Below are positions 1 to 15,539 of a stretch of 64,000 nucleotides of DNA, in pieces. Below the pieces are notes generated by a model. It saw nothing but the letters and a program-made list of their open reading frames with translations. It made no database searches and was not told the origin of the DNA. The translations under genes were made by a program, and so were the position numbers. Source of the DNA: Eledone cirrhosa (lineage: Eukaryota); contig OZ024763.1 in assembly GCA_964016885.1 (NCBI GenBank), forward strand, positions 22,568,001-22,632,000, given 5' to 3'. Numbering within the stretch: position 1 is the stretch's first letter; the number at the start of each line of letters is the position of its first letter.

Positions 1-27
1 ATGTATCATCTAAGGAGGGAAATAAAA

Positions 28-2343
28 CCATCACTACCACCACCACTACCACCACCACCACCACTACCACCACCATCACCACAACCGCCACCACCATCAC
101 CATCACTATCACTATCACTACCACCACCACCACCACCATCACCACAACCACCACGACCACTACCGCCACCACCATCACTACCAACACCACCTCCTCCACC
201 ACCACCACCACCACCACCACCACCACCACCACCACCACCACTACCACCACCATCACCACAACCACCACCACCACCATCACCACCACCATCACCATCACCA
301 CCACCACCACCATCACTACCACCAACACCACCACCACTATCATCACTACCACCAACACCACCACCACCAACACCACCACCACTACCACCATCACTACCAC
401 CACCATCATCACTAGCATCAACACCACTACCATCACTACCACCACCACCACCACCACCACCACTACCACCATCACTACCAACACCACCTCCTCCACCACC
501 ACCACCACCACCACCTCCACCACCACCACCACCACCACCACCACCACCACCACTACTACCACCACCATCACCACAACCACCACCACCATCACCACCACCA
601 CCACCACCATCACTACCACCAACACCACCACCACTATCATCACTACCACCAACACCACCACCACCACCAACACCACCACCACTACCACCACCATCATCAC
701 TACCACCAACACCACCACCATCACCACCAACTCCACCATCACCACCAACTCCACCACCACTACCACCACCATCACCACAACCACCACCACAACCACCATC
801 ACTACCACCAACACCACCACCACCACCATCACTACCACCAACACCACCACCACCACCATCACTACCACCAACACCACCACCACTACCATCACTACCACCA
901 TCACCACCACCATCACTACCACCAACACCACCACCATCACCACCACCAACACCACCACCACCACCATCACTACCACCAACACCACCACCACCATCACCAC
1001 CAATACCACCACCATCACCACCACCACCATCACTACCACCAACACCACCACCACCAACACCACCACCACCACCATCACTACCACCAACACCACCACCACC
1101 ATCACCACCAATACCACCACCACCACCACCATCACTACCACCAACACCACCATCACTACCACCACCACCACCACCACCACCACCACCACCACTACCACCA
1201 CCATCACCACAACCACCACCACCACCATCACCACCACCATCACCATCACCACCACCACCACCATCACTACCACCAACACCACCACCACTATCATCACTAC
1301 CACCAACACCACCACCACCAACACCACCACCACTACCACCATCACTACCACCACCATCATCACTAGCATCAACACCACTACCATCACTACCACCACCACC
1401 ACCACCACCACCACTACCACCATCACTACCAACACCACCTCCTCCACCACCACCACCACCACCACCTCCACCACCACCACCACCACCACCACCACCACCA
1501 CCACTACTACCACCACCATCACCACAACCACCACCACCATCACCACCACCACCACCACCATCACTACCACCAACACCACCACCACTATCATCACTACCAC
1601 CAACACCACCACCACCACCAACACCACCACCACTACCACCACCATCATCACTACCACCAACACCACCACCATCACCACCAACTCCACCATCACCACCAAC
1701 TCCACCACCACTACCACCACCATCACCACAACCACCACCACAACCACCATCACTACCACCAACACCACCACCACCACCATCACTACCACCAACACCACCA
1801 CCACCACCATCACTACCACCAACACCACCACCACTACCATCACTACCACCATCACCACCACCATCACTACCACCAACACCACCACCATCACCACCACCAA
1901 CACCACCACCACCACCATCACTACCACCAACACCACCACCACCATCACCACCAATACCACCACCATCACCACCACCACCATCACTACCACCAACACCACC
2001 ACCACCAACACCACCACCACCACCATCACTACCACCAACACCACCACCACCATCACCACCAATACCACCACCACCACCACCATCACTACCACCAACACCA
2101 CCATCACTACCACCACCACCACCACCACCACCAACACCACCACCACCACCATCACTACCACCAACACCACCACCACTATAACCACCAATACCACCACCAC
2201 CATCACCACCAATACCACCACCACCATCACCACCACCACCACCACTATCACCACCACCACTATCACCACCACCACTATCACCACCACCACCATCACCACC
2301 ACCACCACCACCACCACCATCACTACCACCAACACCACCACCA
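28..2343 (+). repeat. (CCA)n-derived low-complexity tract containing a 951-bp tandem duplication
   Basis: The rare word ACTAGCATCA occurs at 411 and 1362, with the same order of variants around both. Confidence 0.9.
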
Positions 2344-2417
2344 TAAGTCTTTTCCTAATTGCCAATTATACCGTTTCCTTCGACAATATTCTTCAAGTGT
2401 CTCCATAGATCTGACGA

Positions 2418-3163
2418 CTGCTACTGCTGCTGCTGATGCTGCTGCTGCTACTACTGTTGCTGCTGTAGTTGAAGCTGCTGCTGCTGTTATTGCTGTTGCT
2501 GCTGTTGTTGTTTCTGCTACTGTTGCTGCTGTTGTTGTTGTTTCTGCTACTGTTGCTGCTGCTGCTGTTATTGTTGCTACTGTACTTGCTGCTGCTGGTG
2601 TTTTTGCTACTGCTGCTGCTGTTGGTGTTTCTGTTGTGGTTTATTATAGCTACTGCTGCTGTAGTTGCTGTAGTTGCTGCTGCTGTAGCTACTGCTGCTG
2701 TAGATGCTGCTGCTGTAGCTACTGCTGCTGTAGTTGCTGCTGCTGCTGTAGTTGCTGCTGCTGTAACTACTGCTGCTGTAGATGCTGCTGCTGTAGCTAC
2801 TGCTGCTGTAGCTACTGCTGCTGTAGATGCTGCTGCTGTAGTTGCTGCTGCTGTAGCTACTGCTGCTGTAGTTGCTGCTGCTGTAGCTGCTGTAGCTGCT
2901 GCTGCTGTAGCTACTGCTGCTGTAGCTACTGCTGCTGTAGCTACTGCTGCTGTAGCTACTGCTGCTGTAGATGCTGCTGCTGTAGCTACTGCTGCTGTAG
3001 ATGCTGCTGCTGTAGATGCTGCTGCTGTAGCTACTGCTGCTGTAGATGCTGCTGCTGTAGATGCTGCTGCTGTAGCTACTGCTGCTGTAGCTACTGCTGC
3101 TGTAGATGCTGCTGCTGTAGATGCTGCTGCTGTAGCTACTGCTGCTGTAGATGCTGCTGCTGT
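2418..3163 (+). repeat. (CTG)n-derived 15-bp minisatellite
   Basis: GCTACTGCTGCTGTA and GATGCTGCTGCTGTA units. Confidence 0.9.
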
Positions 3164-4655
3164 TACAATCAACAACATAAAACGCACCACCATATATTGG
3201 TGGAGGAGTTCTTGAGAGGTAGACAGTGGTGTACACGTGTGTGTGTGTGTGTGTATACAAGTGCATTTGTATGTGTGTTGATGGATATGTGTGTGTATGT
3301 ATGTATGTGTGTGTGTATATATACACAAGTGCATTTGTGTGTGTGTTGATGGACATGTGTGTGTATGTATGTATGTGTATGTGTGTGTGTGTGGATGGAC
3401 GTGTATGTATGTGTGTGTGTATATACAAGTGCGTTTGTGTGTGTGTATATACAAGTGCGTTTGTGTGTGTGTGTGGATGGACATGTGTGTGTATACAAGT
3501 GTGTGTGTGTTTGTGTGGATGGACATGTGTGTGTATGTATATACGTGTGTGTGTGTCTTTACATGGGAGTATGTGTTTGTGTTTGTGTATACAGACAAGT
3601 GTGTGTATGTGTCTTTACATGGGAGTACGTGTGTGTCTGTCTGTGTGTCTTTATATGGGAGTGTAATGGTTTTTGGTTCAGGCACAAGGCTAACAATTTT
3701 TGGGGAGGGGAAAGTCGATTAAATCGAACTCAGCGTATTACTGGTACTTTATTTTATCCACCCTGTAAGGATGAAAGGCAAAGTTAGCCTCGGCGGCATT
3801 TGAACTCAGAATACAAAGAGCCATAACTCTGTGCTGTGAAGCATGGTGTCTGACGCTCTACCGATTCTGTGTATCCACTCCGCCACCCATAATAATAGTT
3901 TCTACTTTAGGCACAAGGCCAGTAATTTCAGGAGGGGAAAGTTGATTAAATCAACCCCTGTGTATTACTGGTACTTTATTTTATGAACCCCGTAAAGATG
4001 AAAGGCAAAGTTAACTTTGGAGGGATTTGAACTGAGAGTGTAAAGGGCCGTAACTCTATTCCACAAAGCATATCGTCCGATGCTCTACTGATTCTGCCAA
4101 TCCAACGCCCAAAGGACAGAAAATGATAGAAAATTTATTTTGTATTTAACTTGACTCTCTCCTAGCAAAACTCCACTCCTTTGAACTTTCAACATGATGG
4201 TCATATCTGGAACTCCTTTAACATGCTGCATTTGTTGATGGATTACTTCCCTTGACACTGTTTATATGTATTAAGGGGAAATCACTCTATTGTTACCAAC
4301 ATCTGGAACTCCTTCAACCTTTAACATGCTGAATTTGTTGATGGATTACTTCTCTTGACACTGTATTATGTATTAAAGGGAAACCACTCTATTGTTACTG
4401 GCAGCACGTTGAAGGTTAATCATAGAACCTACTTGATCAGGCCAGGCTGGGCCCTTGATAAAAGGGTTAATTCTTAATTAATTACCTAATTCCCTAATTC
4501 CCTTATTATGATAACAATGGCTGTAAAATGAGAAGACAAATAAAAAAAAAGGGGTCTAATTTTGAAGTTTAAGTATGGGGAGGGGAGCACTAATTAGTTT
4601 CTGGCTAAGGTTGTGTTTGATGTTGACCTAGTTTCTTAGTAGTGACCTAGTTTCT

Positions 4656-5294
4656 TTAACCCTTCAATATTTACTTTACTCTATAGATACTATTGTATTT
4701 TAGTGGTAAAGGCTTTACCTCACATAATATCTCACATAACATTTACATTACTCTATATATACTATTGTATTTTCACAGTAAAGGCTTTACCTCACATAAT
4801 ATCTCACATAACATTTACATTACTCTATATATACTATTGTATTTTAATGGTAAAGGCTTTACCTCACATAATATCTCACATAACATTTACATTACTCTAT
4901 ATATACTATTATATTTTCACAGTAAAGACTTTACCTCACATAATATCTCACATAACATTTACATTACTCTATATATACTATTATATTTTCACAGTAAAGA
5001 CTTTACCTCACATAATATCTCACATAACATTTACATTACTCTATATATACTATTATATTTTCACAGTAAAGACTTTACCTCACATAATATCTCACATAAC
5101 ATTTACATTACTCTATATATACTATTATATTTTCACAGTAAAGACTTTACCTCACATAATATCTCACATAACATTGAATCTATGAGGTTTTGATTTTATT
5201 CATTTTGAGAACAATACCTTAACATCAGTATGAGTGGCTGGTTTGAACAGAAAGAGGTGAGAGAACTCTGGCCAGTTACAGCCGGTTTAAATGA
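4656..5294 (+). repeat. 72-bp tandem array (about 6.5 units) with the same flank
   Basis: Unit TATTTTCACAGTAAAGGCTTTACCTCACATAATATCTCACATAACATTTACATTACTCTATATATACTATTG; starts at TTAACCCTT. Confidence 0.85.
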
Positions 5295-6520
5295 ACCACC
5301 ACAACACCACCACTACACCACACCACCACTACACCACACCACCACCACTACACCACACCACCACTACACCACACCACCACCACAACACCACCACTACACC
5401 ACACCACCACCACCACTACACCACACCACCACCACTACACCACGCCACCACCACTACACCACACCACCACAGCACAACCACCACCACACCACCACCACAC
5501 CACCACCACACCACCACCACTACACCACACCACCATCACGCCACCACCATCACGCCACCACCACACCACCACTACACCACGCCACCACCACCACACCACC
5601 ACCACACCACCACACCACCACCACCGCACCACCACCACCACACCACCACCACTACACACCACCACCACCACCACACCACCACACCACCATCACACCACCA
5701 CCACACCACCACCACTACACCACCACCACCACCACCACACCACCACCACTACACACCACCACCACCACTACACACCACCACCACCACACCACCACACCAC
5801 CACCACCACACCTCCACTACCACACCACACTACCACCACACCACCACCACCACACCACCACCACCACCACCACACCACCACCACTACACACCACCACCAC
5901 CACCACACCACACTACCACACCACCATCACACCACCACCACACCACCACCACTACACACCACCACCACACCACCACCACACCACCACCACCACCACACCA
6001 CCATCACACCACCACCATCACGCCACCACCACACCACCACCACACCACCACCACTACACCACCACCACCACCACCACACCACCACCACTACACACCACCA
6101 CCACCACTACACACCACCACCACCACACCACCACACCACCACCACACCACCACCACACCACCACCACCACCACTACACACCACCACCACCACCACATTAC
6201 CACACCACCATCACACCACCACCACTACACACCACCACCACACCACCACCACCACACCACCATCACACCACCACCATCACGCCACCACCACACCACCACC
6301 ACACCACCACCACTACACCACGCCACCACCACCACACCACACCACCATCACACCACCACCACCACACCACCACCACACCACCACCGCTACACCACGCCAC
6401 CACCACGCCACCACCACCACCACACCACACCACCATCACACCACCACCATCACGCCACCACCACACCACCACTACACCACCACCACTACACCACGCCACC
6501 ACCACCACGCCACCACCACA
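5295..6520 (+). repeat. (CAC)n/CACAC low-complexity tract
   Basis: Read directly. Similar tracts at 8930-9230, 52980-53680 (-) and 57440-58550. Confidence 0.9.
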
Positions 6521-7079
6521 ACATATGGTGATAGTCAGAAGTAAAATATGTTAAACTGTAAAATTACTGCCAATTTCAACATCATTGACGGTTGTTTAAT
6601 AAACATCAATATGAGATCATAGTCATATGATGGTAGGGGTTGTGGGGATGGTAGGGGGTGCTGGTGGTGGGGGAGTGGTGATGGTGTGGTGTTGGTGGCG
6701 CTGGTGGTGGGGGAGTGGTGATGGTGTGGTGTTGGGGGTGCTGGTGGGGGAGTGGGGGTGGTGTGGTGGTGGTGGCGGCAGTGGTGTGGTGGTGGTGGTG
6801 GTCTAGTGGTGGTGGTGGTGTGGTGGTGGTAGTAGTGGCGGTTTGTCTTGTTTACTCTCATTATTTTAGGAGTTCAAATCCTGCCAAGGTTAACTTTGTC
6901 TTTCATCCTTATTGGGTCGATAAAATAAAGTACCAGTAATACACTGGGGTAATTGCTGGCCTTGTGCCAAAAGTAGAAACAATTATTTTAGTGTTTTTTC
7001 TTAACTTGGACCACCTTTTATTTTCTGTATCTATCCTCTGTGATCCTGTCTTTTCTATTCCTCAAGAAGGGCTAAAAAA

Positions 7080-7420
7080 GTGTATCAAGCTTATCTTCTT
7101 TGCCCACTTATTCCTGAGAGGGTTTTTGGGGTAGAGTCCTCAAACACTCCTTCCAGTGGGTCCTGTCAGAAGCAACCATCTCCAACTGATCCGGCTGGAT
7201 CCCCAAGTCACACCAGCCAAACTCATGGATGTTATCCAACCACCTTACTCAGGTGGGTCTACCCCTGGGTCTCCTGCTGGTTGGTTTTGCCCATAAAATC
7301 TGTCCAGTGATTCTTTCCTGAGACATTCTAACCACATGTCCATAGTATCGGAGCTGTGATCTCTCAATTCAGAGAAGTAGCAGCTCTACCTGGAGTAACT
7401 TTCTGATCTCTGAGCTACAA
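7080..7420 (-). mobile_element. Degenerate RTE-clade LINE 3' fragment
   Basis: Minus frame: SEIRKLLQVELLLL*IERSQLRYYGHVVRMSQERITGQILWAKPTSRRPRGRPT*VRWLD, the post-RT LRxxGHxxRM...RGRP motif with stops. Confidence 0.8.
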
Positions 7421-7727
7421 ATCTGTCCAGTGATTCTTTCCTGAGACATTCTATCAATGAAAACAGTGAACTATTACACTATAACATTATATTTATATAT
7501 ATATATTACACTATAACTATATTTATATATATATATGACTATCCAGCAAATTTTCAACCGTCAAGGTTGTTTTCCACGGTTATGTCACTATTTATAAAAC
7601 AAATTTTGTATTTTATCTGATGAAAGCGCACTAAGATTGCCTTGGTTGCCCTTGAAATATATAAAATAAAATAATTATGGTTTTATAAATATAGTTTCCA
7701 TTTATTAAAATATTTTATATATATATA

Positions 7728-7757
<30 letters not shown>

Positions 7758-7762
<5 letters not shown>

Positions 7763-7908
7763 ATAATAATAAAATTGAAGACTAAAATCCAAAGAGGGCT
7801 CGATAAGGAAAATATATATCAAATATATAAGAACCGTAGAGCAAATAGAAGATCCCGTTAAGGGTGAAAGCAGCGATTCTTTGCTTAAACTTTAATCTAT
7901 TATTTTAA
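7758..7908 (+). repeat. Dispersed repeat in (TA)n with a degenerate HHR-like motif; second copy at 25934-26093
   Basis: Two near-identical copies; (C)AGAAGA-TCCC-GTTAA-GGGT-GAAA with flanking AGCAAA/TTTGCT pairing. Confidence 0.55.
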
Positions 7909-9543
7909 TAAATATATATATATATATATGCAAAAGTTTTATTTAAGATTGTTGGGTTACAACGAGTAAATATTTTATAACTGATATAAAAGCACTCAAC
8001 AGTTTCTGGAGTAGGTTTACGATATTAAACAAATGGAAACTATATTTATATTTATAAAACCATATTTATTTCATTATATATATTTCTGGGATATCATATT
8101 AAAAATATGTTATGCCTTCCTCAGACAAAATACAATACATAAGCTGTTTTATAAATAATTAGTGACATACCTTGTGATAATGCAACTTCCTTTTAAAAAG
8201 TTGATTTGGTAGTGAAACTGTTATGATAGTTATATAGAAAGAAAACGAAGATGAGAAGAAGATGAAGAGATGTATGCAAATAAAAAAAGAAGAGGATGAA
8301 GAGATGTATGCAAAGAAAAACAACGGAGCGAGATAGAGATACAAGGAGAGAGACACATATCCATAATGTGTGAAGAGAAAAAAAAAAATAAATAATGCAC
8401 AAAATTGCATTCCTCAGGGGTGGCTGTAGAGGAGGGATGCTTTTGTTCATTATTTTTTCATTGGATTGGCTGTATCGGTAGAGGGTCGGACGCCATGCTT
8501 TCCAGCATAGTTACGTCCCTTTACGATCTGAGTTCAAATCCCGCCGAGGTTGACTTTTCCTTTCATCCTTACGGGGTCGATAAAATAAAGTACCAGTAAT
8601 GAACTGGGTAATTGCTGGCCTTGTACCTAAAGTAGAAACAATTATTTTTTCATGTGCAACTTTGGTATATACACACATATGTAATCACCACCACCACCAC
8701 CACCACTACACCTCTCCCCTCTTCCAATTACTCAGTACAAAAGCAAAATGTCTATTTTCCAGTCAGATGACTGATAATTTTATTTCACTGATGATCAACA
8801 ACAGCAACAACAACTACAACAGAATCTAAACATGGTTGTTTCTTAATAAATGTTGACTCCTCCTCTACCTTACCACCACCACCACCACCACCACGTTTGC
8901 TGGTCTGTCTGTCTTTAATAAATATAATTGACCCCTACACTTCTATAACCATCATCACCACCACCACCACCGTCATCACCATCTTCATCACTACTACCAC
9001 CACCACCATCGTCACCATCTTCATAACAACCATCACCACCACCACCACCATCTTCATCACAACTACCACCACTATCACCACCACCACTACCACCACCATC
9101 ATCATCACCACCACCATCATCATCACCATCTTCATCTTCATCACTACCACCACCACGACCACTACCACCACCACCACCACCACTACCCGTATCACCATCA
9201 CCCCTACCACCACCACCACCATCACCACTACATGTGTCTCCTTGTCTGTCTGTCTTCTTTAATAAATGTTGTTGACCCCTACACCACCACCACCACCACA
9301 TATGTCAGCTGGTCTGTCTGTCTGTCTGTCCCATGTTTAATAAATATACACCATCCCTTCCTCTCTCTCTCTAATAAATATAGATACCCTCCACTGCATC
9401 AGCTGACTTCAGCTCCCCTCTCTTTCTTTCTTCTCCCCCTCATGTCTAACAATGACACCCTTCACCTCTGTCAATCAGCACCCCCTTCTCCCCTGCTCTT
9501 TTTTAATATAGACCCCCACCCCTCCCATATTTGTTGTAGTTGG

Positions 9544-9594
<51 letters not shown>

Positions 9595-10207
9595 AGTCCT
9601 GTCTAATAAATATAGTCCCCCACCCGTCATATCTGTTGACCTGACTGTCCATCTGTTGACCTGTCTGTCTATCTGTTGATCTGTCTGTCTATCTGTTGAC
9701 CTATCTGTCTATCTGTTGACCTGTCTGTCTGTCTGTTGACCTGTCTGTCTGTTGACCTATCTGTCTATCTGTTGACCTGTCTGTCTGTCTGTTGACCTGT
9801 CTGTCCATCTGATGACCTATCTGTTGAACTGTCTGTCTGTCTGTTGACCTGTCTGTCTGTTGACCTGTCTGTCTGTCTGTTGAACTGTCTGTCTGTCTGT
9901 TGACCTGTCTGTCCATCTGATGACTTGTCTGACTGTCAAATAAATAATATACCCCCTCCTGTCACATATGTAACCTATCTATCTGTCTAACTGTCTGTCT
10001 ACCTAATAAATATAGACCCTCCCCCCTCATATCTGGTGACCTCTCTGTCTCTCTACTCCTGTCTCAGTTGTTATTCAGTTGAACATTTTCATTAGATGTC
10101 CACAAGCACCTGTGTGTGTGAGAGAATGTGTGTATATATATATGTGTGTGTGTGTGAGAGAGAGAATGTGTGTATATACATATGTGTGTGTGTGTGAGAG
10201 AGAGAGA

Positions 10208-10273
<66 letters not shown>

Positions 10274-11083
10274 CTATGTTAATGTGTATATGAACGTGTG
10301 CATATGTTTATGTATGTGTGTGTATGTATATATATATATGTTTATGTATGTGTGTGTATGTATATATATATATGTTTATGTATGTGTGAGTATATATGTA
10401 TGTGTTGTGTCAATGTTTATATAAGATGTCAGTTAAGTCAACATATGTGGAGGGACAGCTTTGTCACAACAACACTGGGGGAACATGTTATGTCATCACA
10501 TATTGGATTGTTGTTACACATACACACACACACATATACACACACACTTGTACACATATGTACACAGCTTCTTACATCAACACTGGTGGAGCATGTGTCA
10601 TCATAAATTATGTTGTTACACACACACACACACATACACACACACATACACATATATATATATGTATATGTATATATATGTATATATATATTTATATATC
10701 ATCATCATCATCATTTTACGTCCGCTTTTTCCCTGCTTGCAAGGGTGGGATGGGAACTGATTCTGGCTTGATTTCTACAGCTGGATGCCCTTCCTAACAC
10801 CAACCTCATTTACAGTGAGTGCTGGGTGCTTTTTTTTCCAGGGCGGCACCTACACGTCCACTTTACAGTGTGGGCTGGGTGCTTTTTTTTTGCCGTGGCA
10901 CCTCCACGACCACTTTGCAGTGGAATGATAGGGACCCCAGTCCCTATCATCTCATTTCTACAGCTGAGTACACTGGAGCAATGTGAAATAAAGTATATAT
11001 ATATATATATATATACATCATCATCATCATCGTTTAATGTCCATCTTCCACACTAGCATGGGTTAAACGGTTTTGTCCCATTT

Positions 11084-11430
11084 GAGGCACATGGCTTAGT
11101 GGTTAGAGCATTGGGCTTGCAATCGAAAGGTTGTGAGTTCAATTCTCAGACCGGGTGATGTGTTGTTTCCTTGAGCAAGACACTTTATTTCACATTGCTC
11201 CAGTTTACTCAGCTGTAGAAATGAGATGATAGGACTGGGGTCTCTATCATTCCACTGCAAAGTGGTCGGGGAGGTGCCACGACAAAAAAGCACTCAGCAC
11301 TCACTGTAAATGAGGTTGGTGTTAGGAAGGGCATCCAGCTGTAGAAATCAAGCCAGAATCATTTCCCGTCCCACCCTTGCAAGCAGGGAAAAGCGGACGT
11401 AAAATGAAATGATGAAAATGATGATGATGA
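11084..11430 (+). mobile_element. Full-length tRNA-derived SINE with CORE-like centre and RTE-derived tail
   Basis: A box TGGCTTAGTGG, B box GAGTTCAATTC, CORE-like CCTTGAGCAAGACACTT...CTGTAGAAATGAG, tail ending in (TGA)n. Confidence 0.85.
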
Positions 11431-11620
11431 TATATATATATCTTCTGTCACTCATTAGAACTCTTGAAATACAAAAGTATTGTGATGGTCATCTATAAAA
11501 CATAGCATAATAAGACTGTTTGCTTGCAAACAAATTCAATATGATTATCATTCATATAAAATTCACAAATGTATTTACGTTATCTGCTGTTAGAGCTAAA
11601 AAATAGAAATTCTTAACACT

Positions 11621-13260
11621 TTAACTCTTTAGGATTTAAACCGGCCATATCCAGCCAAAATTCTCTCACTTCTTTTTGTTCAAACTGGCCATAACTGGCT
11701 GTAAACAGCCACTCATACTGTTGTTAAGGTGTTATTCTCAAAATAAATAATATCACAATCTCATAGATTCGATATCATGTGAGATAATTTACCATGAAAA
11801 TACTATAGTAGATATAGAGTAATGTAAATGTTATGTGAGGTAAAGCCTTTACTGTGAAAATACAATAGTATATATAGAGTAATGTAAATGTTATGTGAGA
11901 TATTATGTGAGGTAAAGCCTTTACTGTGAAAATACAATAGTATATATAGAGTAATGTAAATGTTATGTGAGATATTATGTGAGGTAAAGCCTTTACTGTG
12001 AAAATACTATAGTATATGTAGAATAATATAAATGTTATGTGAGATATTATGTGAGGTAAAGCCTTTACTGTGAAAATACAATAGTATATATAGAGTAATG
12101 TAAATGTTATGTGAGATATTATGTGAGGTAAAGCCTTTACTGTGAAAATACTATAGTATATATAGAGTAATGTAAATGTTATGTGAGATATTATGTGAGG
12201 TAAAGCTTTTACTGTGAAAATACAATAGTATATATAGAGTAATGTAAATGTTATGTGAGATATTATGTGAGGTAAAGCCTTTACTGTGAAAATACTATAG
12301 TATATATAGAGTAATGTAGATGTTATGTGAGATATTATGTGAGGTAAAGTCTTTACTGTGAAAATACTATAGTATATATAGAGTAATGTAGATGTTATGT
12401 GAGATAGTATGTGAGGTAAAGCCTTTACTGTGAAAATACAATAGTATATATAGAGTAATGTAAATGTTATGTGAGATAAAGCCTTTACTGTGAAAATACT
12501 ATAGTATATATAGAGTAATGTAGATGTTATGTGAGATATTATGTGAGATAAAGCCTTTACTGTGAAAATACAATAGTATATATAGAGTAATGTAGATGTT
12601 ATGTGAGGTAAAGCCTTTACTGTGAAAATACTATAGTATATATAGAGTAATGTAGATGTTATGTGAGATATTATCTGAGGTAAAGTCTTTACTGTGAAAA
12701 TACAATAGTATATATAGAGTAATGTAAATGTTATGTGAGGTAAAGTCTTTACTGTGAAAATACAATAGTATATATAGAGTAATGTAAATGTTATGTGAGA
12801 TAGTATGTGAGGTAAAGCCTTTACTGTGAAAATACAATAGTATATATAGAATAATATAAATGTTATGTGAGATAGTATGTGAGGTAAAGCCTTTACTGTG
12901 AAAATACTATAGTATATATAGAATAATATAAATGTTATGTGAGATATTATGTGAGGTAAAGCCTTTACTGTGAAAATACAATAGTATATATAGAGTAATG
13001 TAAATGTTATGTGAGATATTATGTGAGGTAAAGCCTTTACTGTGAAAATACTATAGTATATATAGAGTAATGTAAATGTTATGTGAGATATTATGTGAAG
13101 TAAAGCCTTTACTGTGAAAATACTATAGTATATATAGAGTAATGTAAATGTTATGTGAGATAGTATGTGAGGTGAAGCATTTACTGTGAAAATACTATAG
13201 TATATATAGAGTAATGTAAATGTTGTGAGATAATGTGAGGTAAAGCCTTTACTGTGCAAA
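11621..13260 (-). repeat. 72/60-bp tandem array (about 21 units) with the same flank
   Basis: Same unit on the reverse strand; some units lack a 12-bp subrepeat. Confidence 0.85.
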
Positions 13261-13536
13261 TATATTGTTATTTTATTATATATAGTCTATTGTTATTTAT
13301 TAATGTTAAAGTTATATGATTTTTATGTAAAACCCCCACCATCACGTCTTGTAATGTCCCATTTTTGTACGCCCCTGTGGCAAATGAAGAGAGATATCTA
13401 TATCTATCTACCTCTCTCTCTCTCTCTCCCCTCTACTCTATATATCAACTATGTTTAATGTCAGTTGTTGTGTTAAATCTGTCTTTTATTACTGACTAGT
13501 TGACAATAACATCTACAACTTGACACCTTTAACTAA

Positions 13537-13581
<45 letters not shown>

Positions 13582-13729
13582 CAGATAGTGTATATATATG
13601 TATAAATATTTGTATGTGTGTGTGTGTATGTATATCATCATAATCATCATCATTTAACGGCCATCTTCCACGCTTGCATGGGTTTGGACGGTATATATAT
13701 ATATATATATATAAATATTTGTATGTGTG

Positions 13730-13849
<120 letters not shown>

Positions 13850-13884
13850 TAAATATTTGTGTATATATATATATATATATATAT

Positions 13885-14076
13885 AACGAAGGAAATGTGG
13901 TAAGGAACCAGGTGGACCATAACGCCCCAAAGTACTCAATACTTAGGGTAGTAGAGTGGGTAATAGGAACCAGTAAGACCCCGACGGCTGAGCTCAAGCC
14001 GTTTCGACGGCTAATTCTGGACTGAATTAGCCGTCGAAACGGCTTGAGCTCAGCCGTCGGGGTCCTACTCGATCCT

Positions 14077-14078
<2 letters not shown>
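13885..14078. mobile_element. Palindromic HHR-derived element (family A) in (TA)n
   Basis: Inverted arms 13963-14078 around a TGGACT loop; each arm carries GAAA-CGGC-TTGAGCTCA-GCCG-TC. (TA)n lies on both sides. Confidence 0.75.
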
Positions 14079-14117
<39 letters not shown>

Positions 14118-14162
14118 GTCAACGGTGCCTGGTGCTGCGGTAGTCATTTTATGTATCTCTAA

Positions 14163-14253
<91 letters not shown>

Positions 14254-14740
14254 GTGTTTGTGTATGTATGAATGAATGTATATATATATATATACATACA
14301 TACACAGGCACATAATATATATATATATGGTGGTAGTGGAACTAATGGTAGTGGTGGTAATGGTAGTAGTAGTGGTGGTAGTGGTAGTGGTGGTAATGGT
14401 AGTAGTGGTGGTAGTAGTATTGGTGTTGGTAGTAGTATTGGTGGTGCTGGTGGTAGTAGTAGTGGTGTTAGTAGCAGTAGTGGTGTTGGTAGTACCACCA
14501 TGGTGACAATAACTTGTAGATTGACTTGTTACAATAACATAGCTAATATAATAGAGATATCACCTTTTGTTTGTGTCTTTGTCTGGCTTTGGGAGACACA
14601 CACACTCTCTCTCTCCCCCCCCTCTCTCTCCCTCTCTCTCTCTCACCATCTGTCTCTCAATAACTAACATAACCATATGTTTACACATATTTGTGTTTGT
14701 GTATGCTAATATATAGTTATACATACATGGATACACTCCT

Positions 14741-14815
<75 letters not shown>

Positions 14816-15376
14816 TGAAGGCGCATGGCTTAGTGGTTAGAGCATTGGGCTTGCAATCGAAACGTTGTGAGTTCAATTCTCAGACCGGGTAATGTGTTGT
14901 TTCCCTGAGCAAGACACTTTATTTCACATTGCTCCAGTTTACTCAGCTGTAGAAATGAGTACCGGCCTGCCCGCCCAGCAAGTGGGATGGTGTCATCTTA
15001 TGGCTAAAACAGCACGACGTGCTGATTGGTACCCAACAGACTGGTCGGTCAAGGTGATATGTATATATATCTGTGTCTGTGTGTGTGTGTAAATGAATCA
15101 AAACCCCGATGGTTGAGCTCTTGCCATTTCAACAGTTAGTTCCAGATTGAATGGTCTAACTAGTTTCTAACTGAATTCAACAATTTATATATATATATAT
15201 AGGTATATATATATATATATATATGTGAGTGTGTGTGTGTCTGTGTGTTAAGTATTAACGATTCTGTAAGGATCGTCTGGTTTCTTGAAACCTTTGGTAA
15301 TGGAATAATTATATTGTGTTGTTCATTATGTAGTAAATAATATACATGTGTGTGTGTGTATATATATATATATATT

Positions 15377-15445
<69 letters not shown>

Positions 15446-15539
15446 ACAGGTAACTGGCTAGTACTTAGTACTACCCAACATATTTATAGTTATATCAAAC
15501 ATATAAATATTCTTATTACTATATATGTATATATATTAA

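Noticed and set aside
1-2181. 726-aa proline-rich ORF (extensin/formin-like appearance)
   Set aside because: It is the translation of a (CCA)n tract with a 951-bp duplication. There is no domain and no convincing splice context, and similar tracts recur non-genically in the window.
2344-2417. Short unique island that could be a minus-strand exon
   Set aside because: Weak splice signals, no recognisable peptide and no partner exons.
2393-3787. Ala/Thr-rich (antifreeze-like), Cys-rich and Ser-rich ORFs
   Set aside because: Open in several frames on both strands because of CTG and GT repeats.
11084-11156. tRNA gene
   Set aside because: A and B boxes are present but continue into a SINE body and tail found in many copies, with no convincing cloverleaf.
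11775-13259. 494-aa hydrophobic repeat ORF (also 4693, 42764, 22393)
   Set aside because: Read-through of 72-bp or 216-bp satellites whose periods are multiples of three.
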